Source: Hypanus sabinus
Lineage: Eukaryota
Reading direction: 5' to 3'
Length of the DNA stretch: 64,000 nt
Assembly (NCBI RefSeq): GCF_030144855.1
Contig: NC_082711.1
Coordinates: forward strand, 118,296,001 to 118,360,000
Shown here: piece after piece, positions 13,451-26,900 of the stretch
Numbering within the stretch: the stretch's first letter is position 1
How the letters are laid out: the number at the start of each line of letters is the position of its first letter
Made by a program: the position numbers and the translations under genes
The notes under the pieces: model-generated
Seen by the model: only the letters and a program-made list of their open reading frames with translations
What the model was told of the DNA's origin: nothing
The model's database searches: none

Positions 13451-15586
13451 TTATAAGACCATAAGATATATTAGCAGAAGTAGGCCTTCAGCCCATCAAG
13501 TCTGCTCCACCATTCACTAATGGGCTGATCCAATTCTCCAAGTCATCCCCACTCCCCTGCCTTCTCCCTATATCCTTTGAGGCCCTGGCTAATCAAGAAC
13601 CTATCTATCTCTGCCTTAAATGCACCCAATGATTTGGCCTCCACAGCTGCTCATGGCAACAAATTCCACACATTTCCCACCATTTGACTGATGTTACTTT
13701 TCCTCATCTCTATTCTAAATGGACGTCCTTCAATCCTGAAGTCGTGCCCTCTTGTACTAGACTCCCCTACCTTGGGAAATAACTTTGCCATATCTAATCA
13801 GTTCAGGCCTTTTAACATTTGGTATGTTCCTATTCTCCTCATTCCCCTGAACTCCAGGGAATACAGCCCAAGAGCTGCCAGACTTCCTCATATGGTAACC
13901 CTTTAATTCCTGGAATCATTCTCGTGAATCTTCTCTGAACCTTCTCCAATGTCAGTATATCCTTTCTAAACTAAAGAGCACAAAACTGCACATGATACTC
14001 CAAGTGTGGTCTCACGAGTGCCTTATAGAGGCTCAACATCACATCCCTGCTCTTGTATTCTTTACCTCTATAAATGAATGCCAACATTGCATTCACCTTC
14101 TTCACTACTGACTCAACCTGGAGGTTAACCTTTAGGGTATCCTGCACAAGAACTCCCAAGTCCCTTTGCATCTCTGCATTTTGAATTCTCTGCCCATCTA
14201 AATAATAGTCTGCCTGTTTAATTTTTCTACCAAAGTTCATGACCGTACACTTTCCAACATTGTATTTCATTTGCCACTTCTTTGCCCATTCCCCTAAACT
14301 ATCTAAGTCTCTCTGCAGGCTCTCTGTTTCCTTAACAGTACCTGCTCCTTTACCTATGTTTATATCATCGCCAAATTTAGTCACAAATCCCACAGTCCAA
14401 ATCATTGCCATATATCGTAAAAAGCAGTGGTCCCAAAACCGACCCCTGTGGAACTCCACTGGTAACCGGCAGCCAGACAGAATAGGATCCCTTTATTCCC
14501 ACACTCTGTTTTCTGCCAATCAGCCAATGCTCCACCCATGCTAGTAACTTCCCTGTAATTCCATGGGCTCTTATCTTGCTAAGCAGCCTCATGTGCGGCA
14601 CTTTGTCAAAGGCCTTCTGAAAATCCAAGTACACCACATATACTGCATCTCCTTCATCTATCCTGCTTGTAATTTCCTGAAAAAATTGCAGTAGGTTAAT
14701 CAGACAACCATCTTTCAGGAAACCATCCGTCTTTGGCCTATCTTGTCATGTGCCTCCATGTTCTCCTGAATCTCATCCCTAACAATCGATTACAACAACT
14801 TCCCAACCACTGATGTCAGGCTAGCAAGTCTATAATTTCCTTTCTGCTGCTTCCCATCCTTCTTAAATAGCAGAGGAACATTTGCAATTTTCCAGTCATC
14901 CGGTACAATGACCAAAACTATCGATTCTTGAAAAATCATTGTTAGTGCCTCTGCAATCTCTCCAGCTACTTCCATCAGAACCCAAGGGTGCATTTCATCA
15001 GGTCCAGGAGATTTATCCACCCTCGGACCATTAAGCTTTCTGAGCACATTCACAGCTGTCATTTTCACTGTACAAACTTCACTTTCCTGACACTCTTGAA
15101 TGTCCAGTATACTGAACACGTCTTCCATTGTGAAGATTGATGCAAAATACGCATTCAGTTCCTCTGCCATCTCTGCGTCTCTCATTACAAAATCTCCACC
15201 GTCATTCTGTACTGGTCCTATATCTACCCTCAACCCTCTATTACCCTTTATATACTTTAAAAAGCTTTTAGTTTCTTCTTTGATGTTAGTCACCAGCTGC
15301 CTTTCATAATTCATCCTTTCCTTCCTAATGACCTTCTTAGTTTCCTTCTGCAAGTTTTTAAAATCTTCCCAATCCTTTATCTTCCCACTAGCTTTGGCTT
15401 CCTTGTATGCCCTCTCTTTTCTTTTTACTTTGACTTCACTTGTCAGCCACGGTAGTGTCTTCTTCCATTCAAAAGTTTCTTCTTATTTGGAATACGTCTG
15501 TCTTGCACGTCCCTCATTTTTTGCAGAAACTCAGGCCATTGTTGATCTGCTGTCTTTCCTGCGAGTGTCCCTTTCCAGTCAACCTT
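13451..15586 (-). mobile_element. CR1 LINE, 5'-truncated, decayed RT, inserted in satellite I
   Basis: Minus-strand ORF fragments [51 protein letters not shown]; 3' tail at the left (ataagaccataagat). Confidence 0.93.
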
Positions 15587-15770
15587 ACCCATCATCACTC
15601 CACACTCCATTCCCCACCCCTCCATTACCTCTCATCACTCCTCAAATTACACCTCTCTCCTCTATTACCACTTATCACTCCTCACATCACTGCCCTCTCT
15701 CCCCACACTCCGCTGGATTCTACCTCTCCATATATCAGTATACCATCTCTTTGCTCACCCTCCATTAATG
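15587..15770. repeat. Residual satellite I units beyond the CR1
   Basis: ccattacctctcatcactcc-type units resume right after the CR1. Confidence 0.8.
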
Positions 15771-15774
15771 TGTT

Positions 15775-18653
15775 TAATCAGCTCCTGTGTCAATCATGTG
15801 CACTGTTATCAACAGTATGTACGCAGGCACTTACATCTTGCATGCAAGTGAAACTCCCTGACCCCCATGAGGCCGTAACACGATGGGTTTGGACTGGATG
15901 TACCACACAGTTCCTCGTTTGTGCTCATTATCCGGGCTTGCACTTTCTCAAAAACAGCTCTGAACACGGGGTGAATGGGCAAGGTTTCAGAAAGCTCTCT
16001 CTAATTCTCTCCTTGCCACAATAGGAGTATTTATTCCCAAAAAGAATTGAAGCTTCGTCCTTCTGGACCAGGTCCAGATAAACCAACATTAACGTGTCAA
16101 GGATCTCAGCTACTCCCACATCTTTTTCCGAAAACTCCAGCTTCAATGACAAGTAACCATCATATGGGTAGTCATTCATTCTAAGACCTCAGATCTCTAG
16201 TGCACTGAGTGGTGTCACTGGTAAACTCGTCAAATACTAGTTGTAAAGTGAACAGTACAACAGAGTAACCTGAGACCCAGTGTCAAATATGGCTCTAGCA
16301 TAAATACCCTCGATCCATAGTGATACACTGGAGCTTGACCCACTAAGACTTCAGAAATAGGGATTTTTTGCTTTTGGGTGTTCCTTGATATACTGTTTGG
16401 AATGTGTTCCTGTGGTGAACTACATATACCTGTCTAGACATGCCCCCTGCTGACTGCTCCTGTGGCTCCTCCCACAGACCCCTGTATAAAGGCGATCAAG
16501 GCCTGAGCCCGGCCTCTCAGTCTCCAGGATGTAGTATGGTGGTCACTCACTGTTTGTTCCTTCTTTCAGTCAATAAAAGCCGATATCTCGCCTTACGTCT
16601 CAGAGTGAGTTATTGATGGTGCATCAGTTCCCCTGAGACACCAGGCTGTTCCCTCTCTCTGAAGTTTCCCAACTTCCGCCGGAAGTGTCCCTCCTCAACA
16701 CAGTTGTAGCAGACAATACCAGTCACTCCCCTTTTGAAAGAACCACATTCAATAGCAGTCCTCCAGAGCTCAGTAAACGAGTGTGGGGAGGGGGCTCATC
16801 TTACAAGGCTAAAAGCAATCATGTCCTGAGACTGTGCGCCCTTCACCACTTGGTCCACCCCTAATCGATTCACCTCAGCTAGTTCAATGGCTCCTTTACG
16901 CCACAAGCAGCTCAGCTCTCTCTCAAGCAGAAAAATGTAGGCAGGAAGCTTTTCCCCTTTCTCCTGGAACATGCTCTTAAACCCCAACCGACATAAGCTG
17001 CATTGGCCTTCCCATCATGTGAAAAACACTTTCTAGTGCATGCATGGAGCCCATAGAAGTAGCAAAGGACATTTGACGATGTCTCACCTCAGCAGCCGGA
17101 ACTATCTTTTCACATTATCTGACACTGCCACTCATCCAGCAGCTGAGATGTCTGCTCTGCCCAAATCTCAAATTCCATCTCCCCATCGGGGTGGGCTTCA
17201 GTCCGAGAACAGTCTCAGCCTACGATAACTTTGACTCTCTGTTGGTGCACATTGCTATGTATCCACCAGGGACGTAATTGCCGCTACCAACTTAGAATGC
17301 TCACCCCTCGCTGGATGTCTCAATAGACCTTCCACATCAGACCACTCATCCCCTCACTCGGCAGCAATGAGAACAACTTGTCTTTAAAGTATTTGCCTTC
17401 AGCTTCCAATTCAGCACCTTCACCTACATCCCCTCCTCACTGAAAGTATGGATGGTCCATGGCCCTGACTCTCCCTGGACCCCAATAGTACCGGGCCAAC
17501 CCATTTCAGTCATGCCATTGCTAGTCTGAACTAAAACGACATCTGTGCCTGTCTTCTAGTCAAACTGCTTTCACTAATACTTTAACAGTGATCGTACCTT
17601 TCCCTAATACTTTGACAGTGATCATAGCTTTCCCTGATACTTTGACGGCACTGAAAAACCCTAATCAACAATTCATCTGGGCTTCGGATATCGATGCCGC
17701 TCGGAACACAAGCCTTAGTTATGTGTGATCACTTTGAATTGCACCAATGCTTAATGCCTGCCTCATATCTTAATCACTTTCCTAGATAATAGTTTAACAC
17801 AGGCTGAAACACAAACCCACTTAATCAATTCTCAACACAAACAAGAGAAAATCTGCATGTGCTGGAGGAACTCAGCATTTTTTATGTGTTAATCACTTCA
17901 ACAAATTCAATCTGGGACGATAGCCCCCACAATGAAATCCCTTTTCACTGGGTGTTTCTAGAGACGCGGCTCGTTAACCCCTCGCTAACAGCCGGCGGAC
18001 TCAGCGGTGAGGAAACCACCTTTCCAGAATCTGCATGTCCAGGGTCGATATAACTTTAGTCCCATCAAACCCGGGAAGTTGGCATGTCTCGCCCACACGA
18101 ACCCCAATTTCTGTGAATACTGTGTAATTACTGCTCCCATGCAATCACCCAGTGGCAAGAAATAACAGAATGCACACTGCACAAAATTATAAAGAAAGTA
18201 TATTTATGAATGTTAGCTTAACCAGTTAGTAAAGAAAAGAAAGAAAGCAAAAGGACCCATCATTATTAGACTGTCTAATGTGCACAGGGTGGAGCTCAAA
18301 CCTTCCAATGTACTGAGAGTCCTGACCCATTTTCACCGATCACCACTAGAATTCCCTCTTGGGCTCTATCAGACTGCGCAATCCCATCGGACCAAATCCT
18401 ATGGCCAGTTCTCTTGAGCTTCTCTCTCCATCTTCTACCGAAAAAAGACCTTGACCCACCTCAGTGTCGCTCACAAAACCTTTCCCCCAGCATTCTCTAG
18501 AACCTTCTCCCAGTTTCACCCTCCTGATTGGATGACACAAGATTCCTAAGCATCCTAACCCAAACACCTCCAGCAGCACACATTGCTTCCACAGAAAACC
18601 ATTCAATGAAATACCCTACAACTTCAGCAGCAAAATCTTTACCGGGGGTTGCA
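15775..18653 (-). mobile_element. Decayed Gypsy LTR element: LTR (~18112-18653), PNMA-type gag, CCHC knuckle, protease; 3'-truncated
   Basis: Minus-strand translations: SYRRLRLFSGLKPTPMGEMEFEIWAEQTSQLLDEWQC (~17140-17250), FQEKGEKLPAYIFLLERELSCLWRKGAI (16796-16987), CYNCVEEGHF (~16680-16715), IEGIYARAIFDTGSQVT (~16265-16320), DYPYDGYLSLKLEFSE. The putative LTR has TG...CA ends and a TGG PBS-like motif follows it. Confidence 0.82.
16411..16626 (+). mobile_element. Solo LTR (216 bp) with 5-bp TSD GTTCC
   Basis: TG...CA termini; GTTCC at 16406-16410 and 16627-16631; TATAAA at 16485-16490; AATAAA at 16572-16577. Confidence 0.9.
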
Positions 18654-18885
18654 CTAGAGGAGATAATTTAAAGTGAGAGAGGTGAATTTTAAATTAGATG
18701 TGAGAGGAAAGTTTTTTCTCTCTCTCTTTTAATAATATACCACTGAAAGTACTGAATGCCTAAAATAAACTGAGCTGAGTGGAGGTAGAGCAGATACATC
18801 AGGGACTATATGTTTAGATGGGCACGAGAATATGAGGAAAACAGAAGGATATGGACATTGTGTAAGCAGATGGCGTTAGTTTACA
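18654..18885 (+). mobile_element. CR1 3' fragment, strongly decayed
   Basis: ctagaggagataatttaaagtgagagagg...gatgtgagaggaaagtttttt matches the CR1 3' ends elsewhere in the window. Confidence 0.6.
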
Positions 18886-19812
18886 GGTACAGGGGCCTCA
18901 GGACATATCCCACCAGGTTCAGGAATTTACTGCCCCTCAACCACCAGTTATTCCCTCCAGTCTTGAACCAGTTGTGGGGGTGGGGGGGTACTCTTGAACC
19001 AGAAAGAATACCTACACACACCTGAATGAACATAACATGGGGTTATGTGAAATGAAGTTTTACAAAGTCTGTCCAGTTTCTTATACCATCTGTAACAAAG
19101 TAGCCAGTGAGCTGGATCGCGTAGAGGCAGAAGGAGTTCTTTCTAAGGTTGCCTGGAGTCCATGGGTAACACCAGTGATCCAGCAGCCAAGAATAGGTCT
19201 ATCAGGATCTATGATGATTTAAAGGTCACCATCAACCCAATACTGAAAGTAGATCGATACCCTCTGCCCAGGATAGAGGATATCTTTGCAAACCCACCTG
19301 GAGGGAAACATTTCAGCAAAGTGGACAGCTGAGGCCTACGTACAGAAGGAGATGGAAGAAGAGTCCAAAGTGTTTCTCACCATGAACACTCACAAAGGGC
19401 TTTATCACTATAATAGGGCTATTTTTGGAGTATCATCTGCAGCTGTACACTGGCAGAAAGCTCTGGACCAGGAGCTGCAAGGCTGCCCAGGCACTCAGTG
19501 TTACCAGAATGGCTTAATTGTTACCAATGAGGATAAGAAGGAGCATCTATCTCCAAAATCTCAAGACAGTGTTAAAAAGATTAGAAGATTATGGGTTCAG
19601 AGCATGACACAAGAAGTGTGAATTCTTTAAACCGAGCATCAGTTACTCTGGTCACACCATTGACACACAATACTTACACAAGTGTGCTGGGAAAATTCAT
19701 GCACCCCTTGGACTAATTACTACAGATTATGAAGAAATGGCAATGGAGAAAGCAATGTGTGGTGGATTTCAAAAAGGCAAAGGAACTGGTGACATTGGAC
19801 ACTGTACTCACA

Positions 19813-21172
19813 TTTAATGCCCTGGTTAAGAACATGTTTTATTGTATTTCTTCACTTATGCTGTGAGGTATTTTATTTTAGCAGTTTTTCTGCAAACACC
19901 GTGTACTCAGTTAGTTAAGCTTCTTACGTAAGTGTTTTTGGCTTCAGTTGAGATAAGGAGCCATTTGTTCAACTTAGGAATGTTACGTCAGCCAGTCGAG
20001 TTGGCCTTGTAACAGGTTGTAAGTCTGTTCAGTGGGATGCCATGAAACATTTGAGAGAGCTGGGTGGGACCAGACTTCTGAGGAACAGTGGGCTGGCTTT
20101 GATTGGCTGATGTTGGAAGAAGAAAGTGTGGAGAAGAACCCAGGGGAAGACACTGGCAGAATCCCGCCTGAAGGGGAGACCCTGTTGCAAGAATGTGTAG
20201 ATGACCAGCACAGAGGAGGAGTTAGTGAGTTTGTTTGTAACATTTTTTGAGGGAAGTTCGACCAGTGGCTGGTGACGTGGGTTCAGCACCGTGAGTAAAG
20301 TGATACACCCAACTACTTTAGAAATGAGCTCTGATATTTATGTGCACATTTAGTCTGGTTTAACTGTGATGGTCCCTTTTTTCTTAACTTTTACTATGAA
20401 ATGTTTGTAAAAGTTGAAATATCTGTAAATATATTTGCACTGTAAGTTTATGCTGGTGTAAGATATAAATCGCATAGAGGCAGTAGGAGTTCTTTCGAAG
20501 GTTGCCTGGAGTCCATGGGTAACGCCAGCGGTCCAGCAGCCAAGAATAGGTCTATCAGGATCTGTGCTGATTTAAAGGTCACCATCAACCCAATACTGGT
20601 GGTGGTATTAAGAGGAATAGATAGAGAGGACAACAAGTGCCTCTTTCCCAGGGCACCACAAGAGGACGTGGCTTTAAGGTAAGGGGTGGGAAGTTCAAGG
20701 GGGATATTAGAGAAAGGTTTTTTAATCAGGGAGTGGTTGGTGCGTGGAATGCACTGCCTGAGTCAGTGGTGGAGGTAGATACACTAGTGAAGTTGAAGAG
20801 ACTATTGGACAGGTAATATGGAGGAATTTAAAATGGAGGGTTATATGGGGGGGCAAGGTTTAAGGGTCGGCACAACATTGTGGGCCGAATAGTCTATACT
20901 GTGCTGTAATGTTCTTTGTTCTTTGTAAGGTCTGTTATTTCCTGGCAAACGACACCTTGGCACGGGAAAGCATTCGCCTCAAATCTGCATTCCCTCAGGG
21001 GAACATTCAACTTTCCTATTTGGTTAAACCTGAATCATACCAGCCCTAGGTATGTATTGCTTATTGAAGTAATGCCTTCTCACCATTACCCATGCAATAC
21101 TGAGTCACGTGGCTGCTGGCCAGAGTTAGCCTATGAAACGAGTTGGTTAGAAGCCTCAGTGACAGGGTTATC
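19813..21172 (+). mobile_element. Probable decayed solo LTR inserted in the Gypsy pol, itself carrying a chimeric CR1 insertion
   Basis: Non-coding block splitting contiguous pol sequence; imperfect inverted ends (taatgccctg ... cagggtta); termini degraded. Confidence 0.5.
20469..20915 (+). mobile_element. Chimeric insertion: 130-bp copy of the neighbouring Gypsy RT (19116-19245) fused to a CR1 3' end
   Basis: 20469-20598 matches 19116-19245 with 8 mismatches; 20599-20915 is a CR1 3' end with a gttcttt tail. Confidence 0.8.
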
Positions 21173-22099
21173 CACATCATCCAGTGAAGCCTACCCATGA
21201 TGCCTCACCTTACAGAATAGGTGTAATCATGTCACATGTTCTGAGTGATGAAGGCTTTGCATCACGCTCCCTAACTGCTGCAGATAAAAATCATGCACAG
21301 ATTGACAGAGGCGTTGAATCCGGTTTGGGGTATAAAACATTTCAACCAGTACTTGTATGGTGAGAGTTCACCCTCATTACTGATCATCATCCACTGGTGT
21401 CCATTTTCAATCCACAGACGGGTGTTCCAATAACAGCAGCAGCAGAAATGCTGAGATGGGCTCTGATTCTTGTAAGACACAAATAAAACATTGACTACAA
21501 GATGATTAATCATGGAAGTGCTGATGGATTGTCCTGTTTACCCTTAGAAAAGGAACTACCTGCAAAATTTACAAAAGAGGACACATCCTTTGATGCATTC
21601 ACCCTCATGCAAATCGAACGTTACAGCAGAGCTGATCCAAAGGGAAACCAGGAAAGATCTCTGATCTACATGGCCACCCAAAATGGCTGGAGTGTGCTGC
21701 AGAAATCCCAGTCCCCCCATTTTTACCAGCGCTGGGATGAACTTGTCCTTGGTGGAGTTTTCCTTGTTTGGGTTGTACCATCCAAGCTGACAGCTGGAGT
21801 GTCGGAGGACCTACATGCTGGTCATCTAAATGTGGTCAAAGTGAAAGCTTTGACTTGAAGCTTTGTCTGGTGGCCTCAGATAGATCAGCACATCGAGCAA
21901 CTTGCCATGCGCTGTTCAGGTGATAAATGGAAAAAGTAGATAGCAGAAAGAGGAGGAATCTGATAGGAGAGCAGAGTAGACTATGGGAGAAGGGAAGGAG
22001 GAGGGAACTGAAGGGAAGTGAGGAGAAGGGGTAAGAGGAAAGCCAAATGGGAAATGGAATCATTTTGGGGGTTTTAACCAGGCCAGCTTGAAAAAGTCA

Positions 22100-22665
22100 C
22101 TAAATAATTATCTTCAACAAATCATAAACACACTGGACCACTGTTACACCACCATTAAGAATGCCTACCGTGCTATTCCACGCCCTCACTTTGGGAAGTC
22201 TGATCACCTGGCTGTACTTCTACTCCCTGAGTATAGACAGAGATTGAAGACTGCAGCACCAGTCGTGAGGACCAAGAAGGTTTGGACCAGGGAAGCACAG
22301 GAGTGCCTACAGAACTGCTTTGAATTGGTGGACTGGACTGTATTCAGGGATTCATCTTCAACCCTGGATGTGTATACTGCAGTTGTTACCGACTTCATTA
22401 AAGCCTGTGTGGATGACTGTTTGCCTATGAGAACATACTGTATAATCCCAAACCAAAAGCCATGGGTGAATCAGGAGATTCGCTGTCTGCTGAGGACATT
22501 TAAGTCTGGGGACCCAGATCTGTACAAGAAAGATGTATGATGCAGGGGGCTATTTCAAGAGCAAAGAGATGATTTTGTGTGAGGTTGGGGGTGAGATCAG
22601 ATGCATGTCAACTCTGGCAGGATTTGCAGGATATTATTTCCTACAAAGTCAAACCCAACAGCATA
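22100..22665 (+). mobile_element. Rex1/Babar-type LINE fragment (endonuclease C-terminus and linker)
   Basis: NTLDHCYTTIKNAYRAIPRPHFGKSDHLAVLLLPEYRQRLK...PNQKPWVNQEIR. Confidence 0.85.
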
Positions 22666-23930
22666 AACATAAGATCATAAGAAATAAGAGCAGGAGTCAG
22701 CCATCTGGCCTGTTGAGCCTGCTCCGCCATTCAATAAGATAATGGCTGATCTGGCCATGGACTCAGCTCCACCTACCTGCCTTTTCCTTTTAACCCTTAA
22801 TTCCTCTACGATGCAAAAATCTATCCAAACTTGTCTTAAATATATTTACTCAGGTAACCTCCACTCTTTCATTGGGCGGAGAATTCCACAGTCTCACCAG
22901 TCTCTGTGAAAAGTAGTTCCTCCTCATCTCCGTCCTAAATTTACTCCTCCGAATCTTGAGGCTATGCCCCCGAGTTCTAGTGTCATCTACCAGTGGAAAC
23001 AACTTTCCTATTTTATCTGTTACTATAAGATCTCCTCTCATCCTTTGAATTCCGGTGAGTACAGTCCCAGGAGACTCAATCTTTCCTAATATTCTAACAT
23101 CTTTGTCTCTGGAATCAACCAGGTGAACTTCCTCTGCACCAGCTCCAAAGCCAGTATATCCTTCCTCAAGTAAGGAGACCAGAATTGCACTCAGTACTCC
23201 AGGTGCGGCCTCACCAGCACCCTGTACAGTTGCAGCGCAGCCTCCCTGGTCTTAAATTCAATCCCTCTAGCAATGGAGGGCAACATTCCATTTGCCCTCT
23301 TGACAGCCTGCTGTACCTGCAAACCAACCTTTTGTAGTTCATACACAAGCACTCCCAAGTTCCTCTGCACAGCAGCATGCTGCAATTTTTACCATTTAAA
23401 TAATAATCTGATCTTCCATTTTTCCTTCTAAAGTGGATGACTCAGTCTGCCAGACACTTGCCCACTCACCTATCTATATCTCGCTGCAGATTCTCCGTAT
23501 CTTCTGCACAATTTGCTTTTCCACTGAATTTAGTATCATCAGCAAACTTAGATACACTACACCTGGTCCCCTCTTTCAGATCATTAATGTATATCGTGAA
23601 CAGTTGCGGGCCCAGCACCGACCCCTGCGGCACACTGTTCACCACTGATTGCCAACCAGAGTAACACCCATGTATCTCAACTCTCTGCTTTCTCCTCTAT
23701 CCATGCTAATACACCAACCCAACCCTATGCTTCCTTATCTTATGGATAAGTCTCTTATGTGCCACCTTATTGAACGTCTTCTGGAAATCCAATTAAATAA
23801 CATCCATCTATTCACTTCTATCCACTGCACTCATTATATCCTCAAAGAACTCCAGTAAGTTTGTCAAACAGGACCTGCTTTTGCAATTTCTTATTTAATG
23901 ATAGCTTCAAGCATTTTCCCAACTACAGAT
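22666..23930 (-). mobile_element. CR1 LINE 3' part
   Basis: QRNLGVLV, LVRPHLEY, RGDLIVT, TRTRGHSLKIR; tail aaacataagatcataag. Confidence 0.9.
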
Positions 23931-26900
23931 ATAAACATATAACAATTACAGCACGGAAACAGGTCATCTCGGCCCTTCTAGTCCGTGCCGAACGCTTACT
24001 CTCACTTAATCCCACTGACCTGCACTCAGCCCATAACCCTCCATTCCTTTCCTGTCCATATACCTATCCAATTTTACTTTAACTGACAATATCGAACTGC
24101 CTCTGCAACTTCGACTGGAAACTCGTTCCACACAGCCACCACTCTCTGAGTAAAGAAGTTACCCCTTGTGTTACCCCCAAACTTTTGCCCCCTAGCTCTC
24201 AACTCATGTCCTCTTGTTTGAATCTCCCCCATTCTCAGTGGAAAAAGCCTATCCATGTCAGCTCTATCTATCCCCCACATTATTTTAAATACCTCTATTA
24301 AGTCCCCCCTCAACCTTCTATGCTCCAGAATGTTCAACCATTCTCTGTAACTTAGGTGCTGAAACCCAGGTAACATTCTAATAAATCTTCTCTGTACTCT
24401 CTCTATTTTGTTGAAATCTGTCCTATAATTCGGTGACCAGAACTGTACACAATACTCCAAATTTGGCCTTACCAATGCCTTGTACAATTTTAACATTACA
24501 TCCCAACTCCAATAATCAATGCTCTGATTTATAAAGGCCAGCATACCAAAAGATTTCTTCACCACCCTATCCACATGAGATTCCACCTTCAGGGAACTAT
24601 GCACCATTATTCCTTGATCAATCTGTTCTACCGTATTCTTCAATGCCCTACAATTTACCATGCATGTCCTATTTTGATTAGTCTTACCAAAATGTAGCAC
24701 CTCACTCTTATCAGCATTAAACTCCATCTGCCACCTTTCAGCCCACTCTTCTAACTGGCCTAAATCTTTCCGCAAGCTTTGAAAACCTACTTCATTATCC
24801 ACAACGCCACCTATCTTAGTATCATCTGCATACTTACTAATCCAATTTACCACCTTATCATGCAGATCATTAATGTAAATGACAAACAACATTGGATCCA
24901 GTATAGATCCCTGAGGCACACCACTAGTCACCGGCCTCCAACCTGACAAACAGTTATCCACCACTACTCTCTGGTATCTCCCATCCATCCACTGTTCAAT
25001 CCATTTTACTACTTCAATATTAATACCTAACAATTGAACCTTCCTAACTAACCTTCCGTGCAGAACCTTGTCAAAGGCCTTACTGAAGTCCATATAGACA
25101 ACATCCACTGCTTTACCCTCATCAACTTTCCTAGTAACCTCTTCAAAAAATTCAATAAGATTTGTTAAACATGACCTTCCACACACAAATCCATGTTGAC
25201 TGTTCCTGATCAGACCCTGTCTATCCAGATAATTATACATACCATCTCTAAGAATACTTTCCATTAATTTACCCACCACTAATATCAAACTTACAGGCCT
25301 ATAATTGCTAGGTTTACTCTTAGAACCCTTTTTAAACAATTGAACAACATGAGCAACATGCTGGAGGGGATGGTCAGAGGCTCAGAGTTTCGACAGACTC
25401 GGAGTCCGCTGCGATCAGGTTGCTTTCACTGTGTGCTGTGTCTGCAAGACTGGGTCCGGCAGCGCCGTGGAAGTCCATAGCGGGGGTATTCCCTTCAGCC
25501 GCCAGCATGGGATGACGAGTCAATTGGGACCCTGAGAACTTGAGGAAACTGTATGGTGGTTTCTTTCGAATTTATAGTTTTATAACATCTTTGGACTATT
25601 TTTACTGTGCCATGGTCTGTTTTTTTTTATCAATTATTCTATTGTTTGCACTGTTGTAACTATGTGGTTTTGTGCAGGTCTTGTAGCTTTAGTTTTTGGT
25701 CTTGTTTGTCTGGGGGATTTGGAGCTCCTTTCCAGGGAATGTGCTAAGATGGTAGCGCGATATTAATATGCAGCAGCCTCTCTGGACTCTGGATTGGGGA
25801 TTGTCAAACGTTATGTGGATTTTCTGGTGTAGTCTGTTTTGTCATATCATGCTTTTGTGATATCATTCTGGAAGTACGTTGTCTCATTTTTTAACTGCAT
25901 TGCATTTTTGGTTTCTAAATGACAATAAACTGAATCTGAATCTGAAACTTTTAACCTTTCTTTTCAACCTAACAGGAACATAAAGATTCTGTACTCTCAA
26001 AATTTCACCTTTAAATGACTTCCATCTCTCTATTACATCCTTCCCATAAAACAAATTGACCCAATCCACTCCTTCTAAATCCTTTCGCATCTCCTCAAAG
26101 TTAGCCTTTCTCCAATCAAATATCTCAATGCTGGGTCCATTCCTATCCTTCTCCTTCTTATATTGAAACTAACGGTATTGTGATCACTGGACCAGAAGTG
26201 CTCCACAACACATACCTCCATCACCTGACCTATCTCATTCCCTAACAGGAGATCCAACACTGCCCCTTCTCTCGTTGGTACCTCTATGTATTGCTGCAAA
26301 AAACTATCCTGCATTCATCTTACAAACTCCAAACCAATCAGCCCTTTTACAGAATAGGCTTCCTAGTCTACATGGAGAAAAGTAAAATCTCCCACAATCA
26401 CAACCCTGTGCTTACTACAAGTATTCGCTATCCCCTTACAAATTTGCTCCTCCAATTCTTGCTCCCCATTAGGTGGTCTATAATACACCCCTATAAGTGT
26501 TACTACACCTTTCCCATTCCTCATTTCTACCCAAATAGTCTCCCTAGATGAGCCCTCTAATCTATCCTGCCAGAGCACCGCTGTAATATTTCCTCTGACA
26601 AGCAATGCAACACCTCCCCTTCTTGTCCCTCTGATTCTATCACACCTGAAACAATGAAATCCAGGAATATTTGGTTGCCAATCACACCCCTCCTGCAACC
26701 ATGTTTCACTAATAGCTATAACATGATATTTCCAGGTATCAATCCATGCTCTAAGCTCATCCACCTTTCTTACAATGCTCCTAGCATTAAAATAAATGTA
26801 TTTAAGAAATTCTCCACCTCTTCCTCTCTGTTTATCTCTAACGGTGCAAACAATTTTACTATCTTCTGTTTCTTTCTTCTCCCATTCATCTGTTCCTACA

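Larger units (their letters stand above)
19050..21920 (+). mobile_element. Decayed Gypsy pol (RT, RNase H, integrase Zn finger) interrupted at ~19815-21175
   Basis: KVTINPILKVDRYPLPRIEDIFAN, THKGLYHYNRAIFGVSSA, VLTH (to ~19815), resuming DASPY, FTLITDHHPLVSIFNP and LHAGHLNVVKVKAL..FVWWPQID. Confidence 0.87.
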
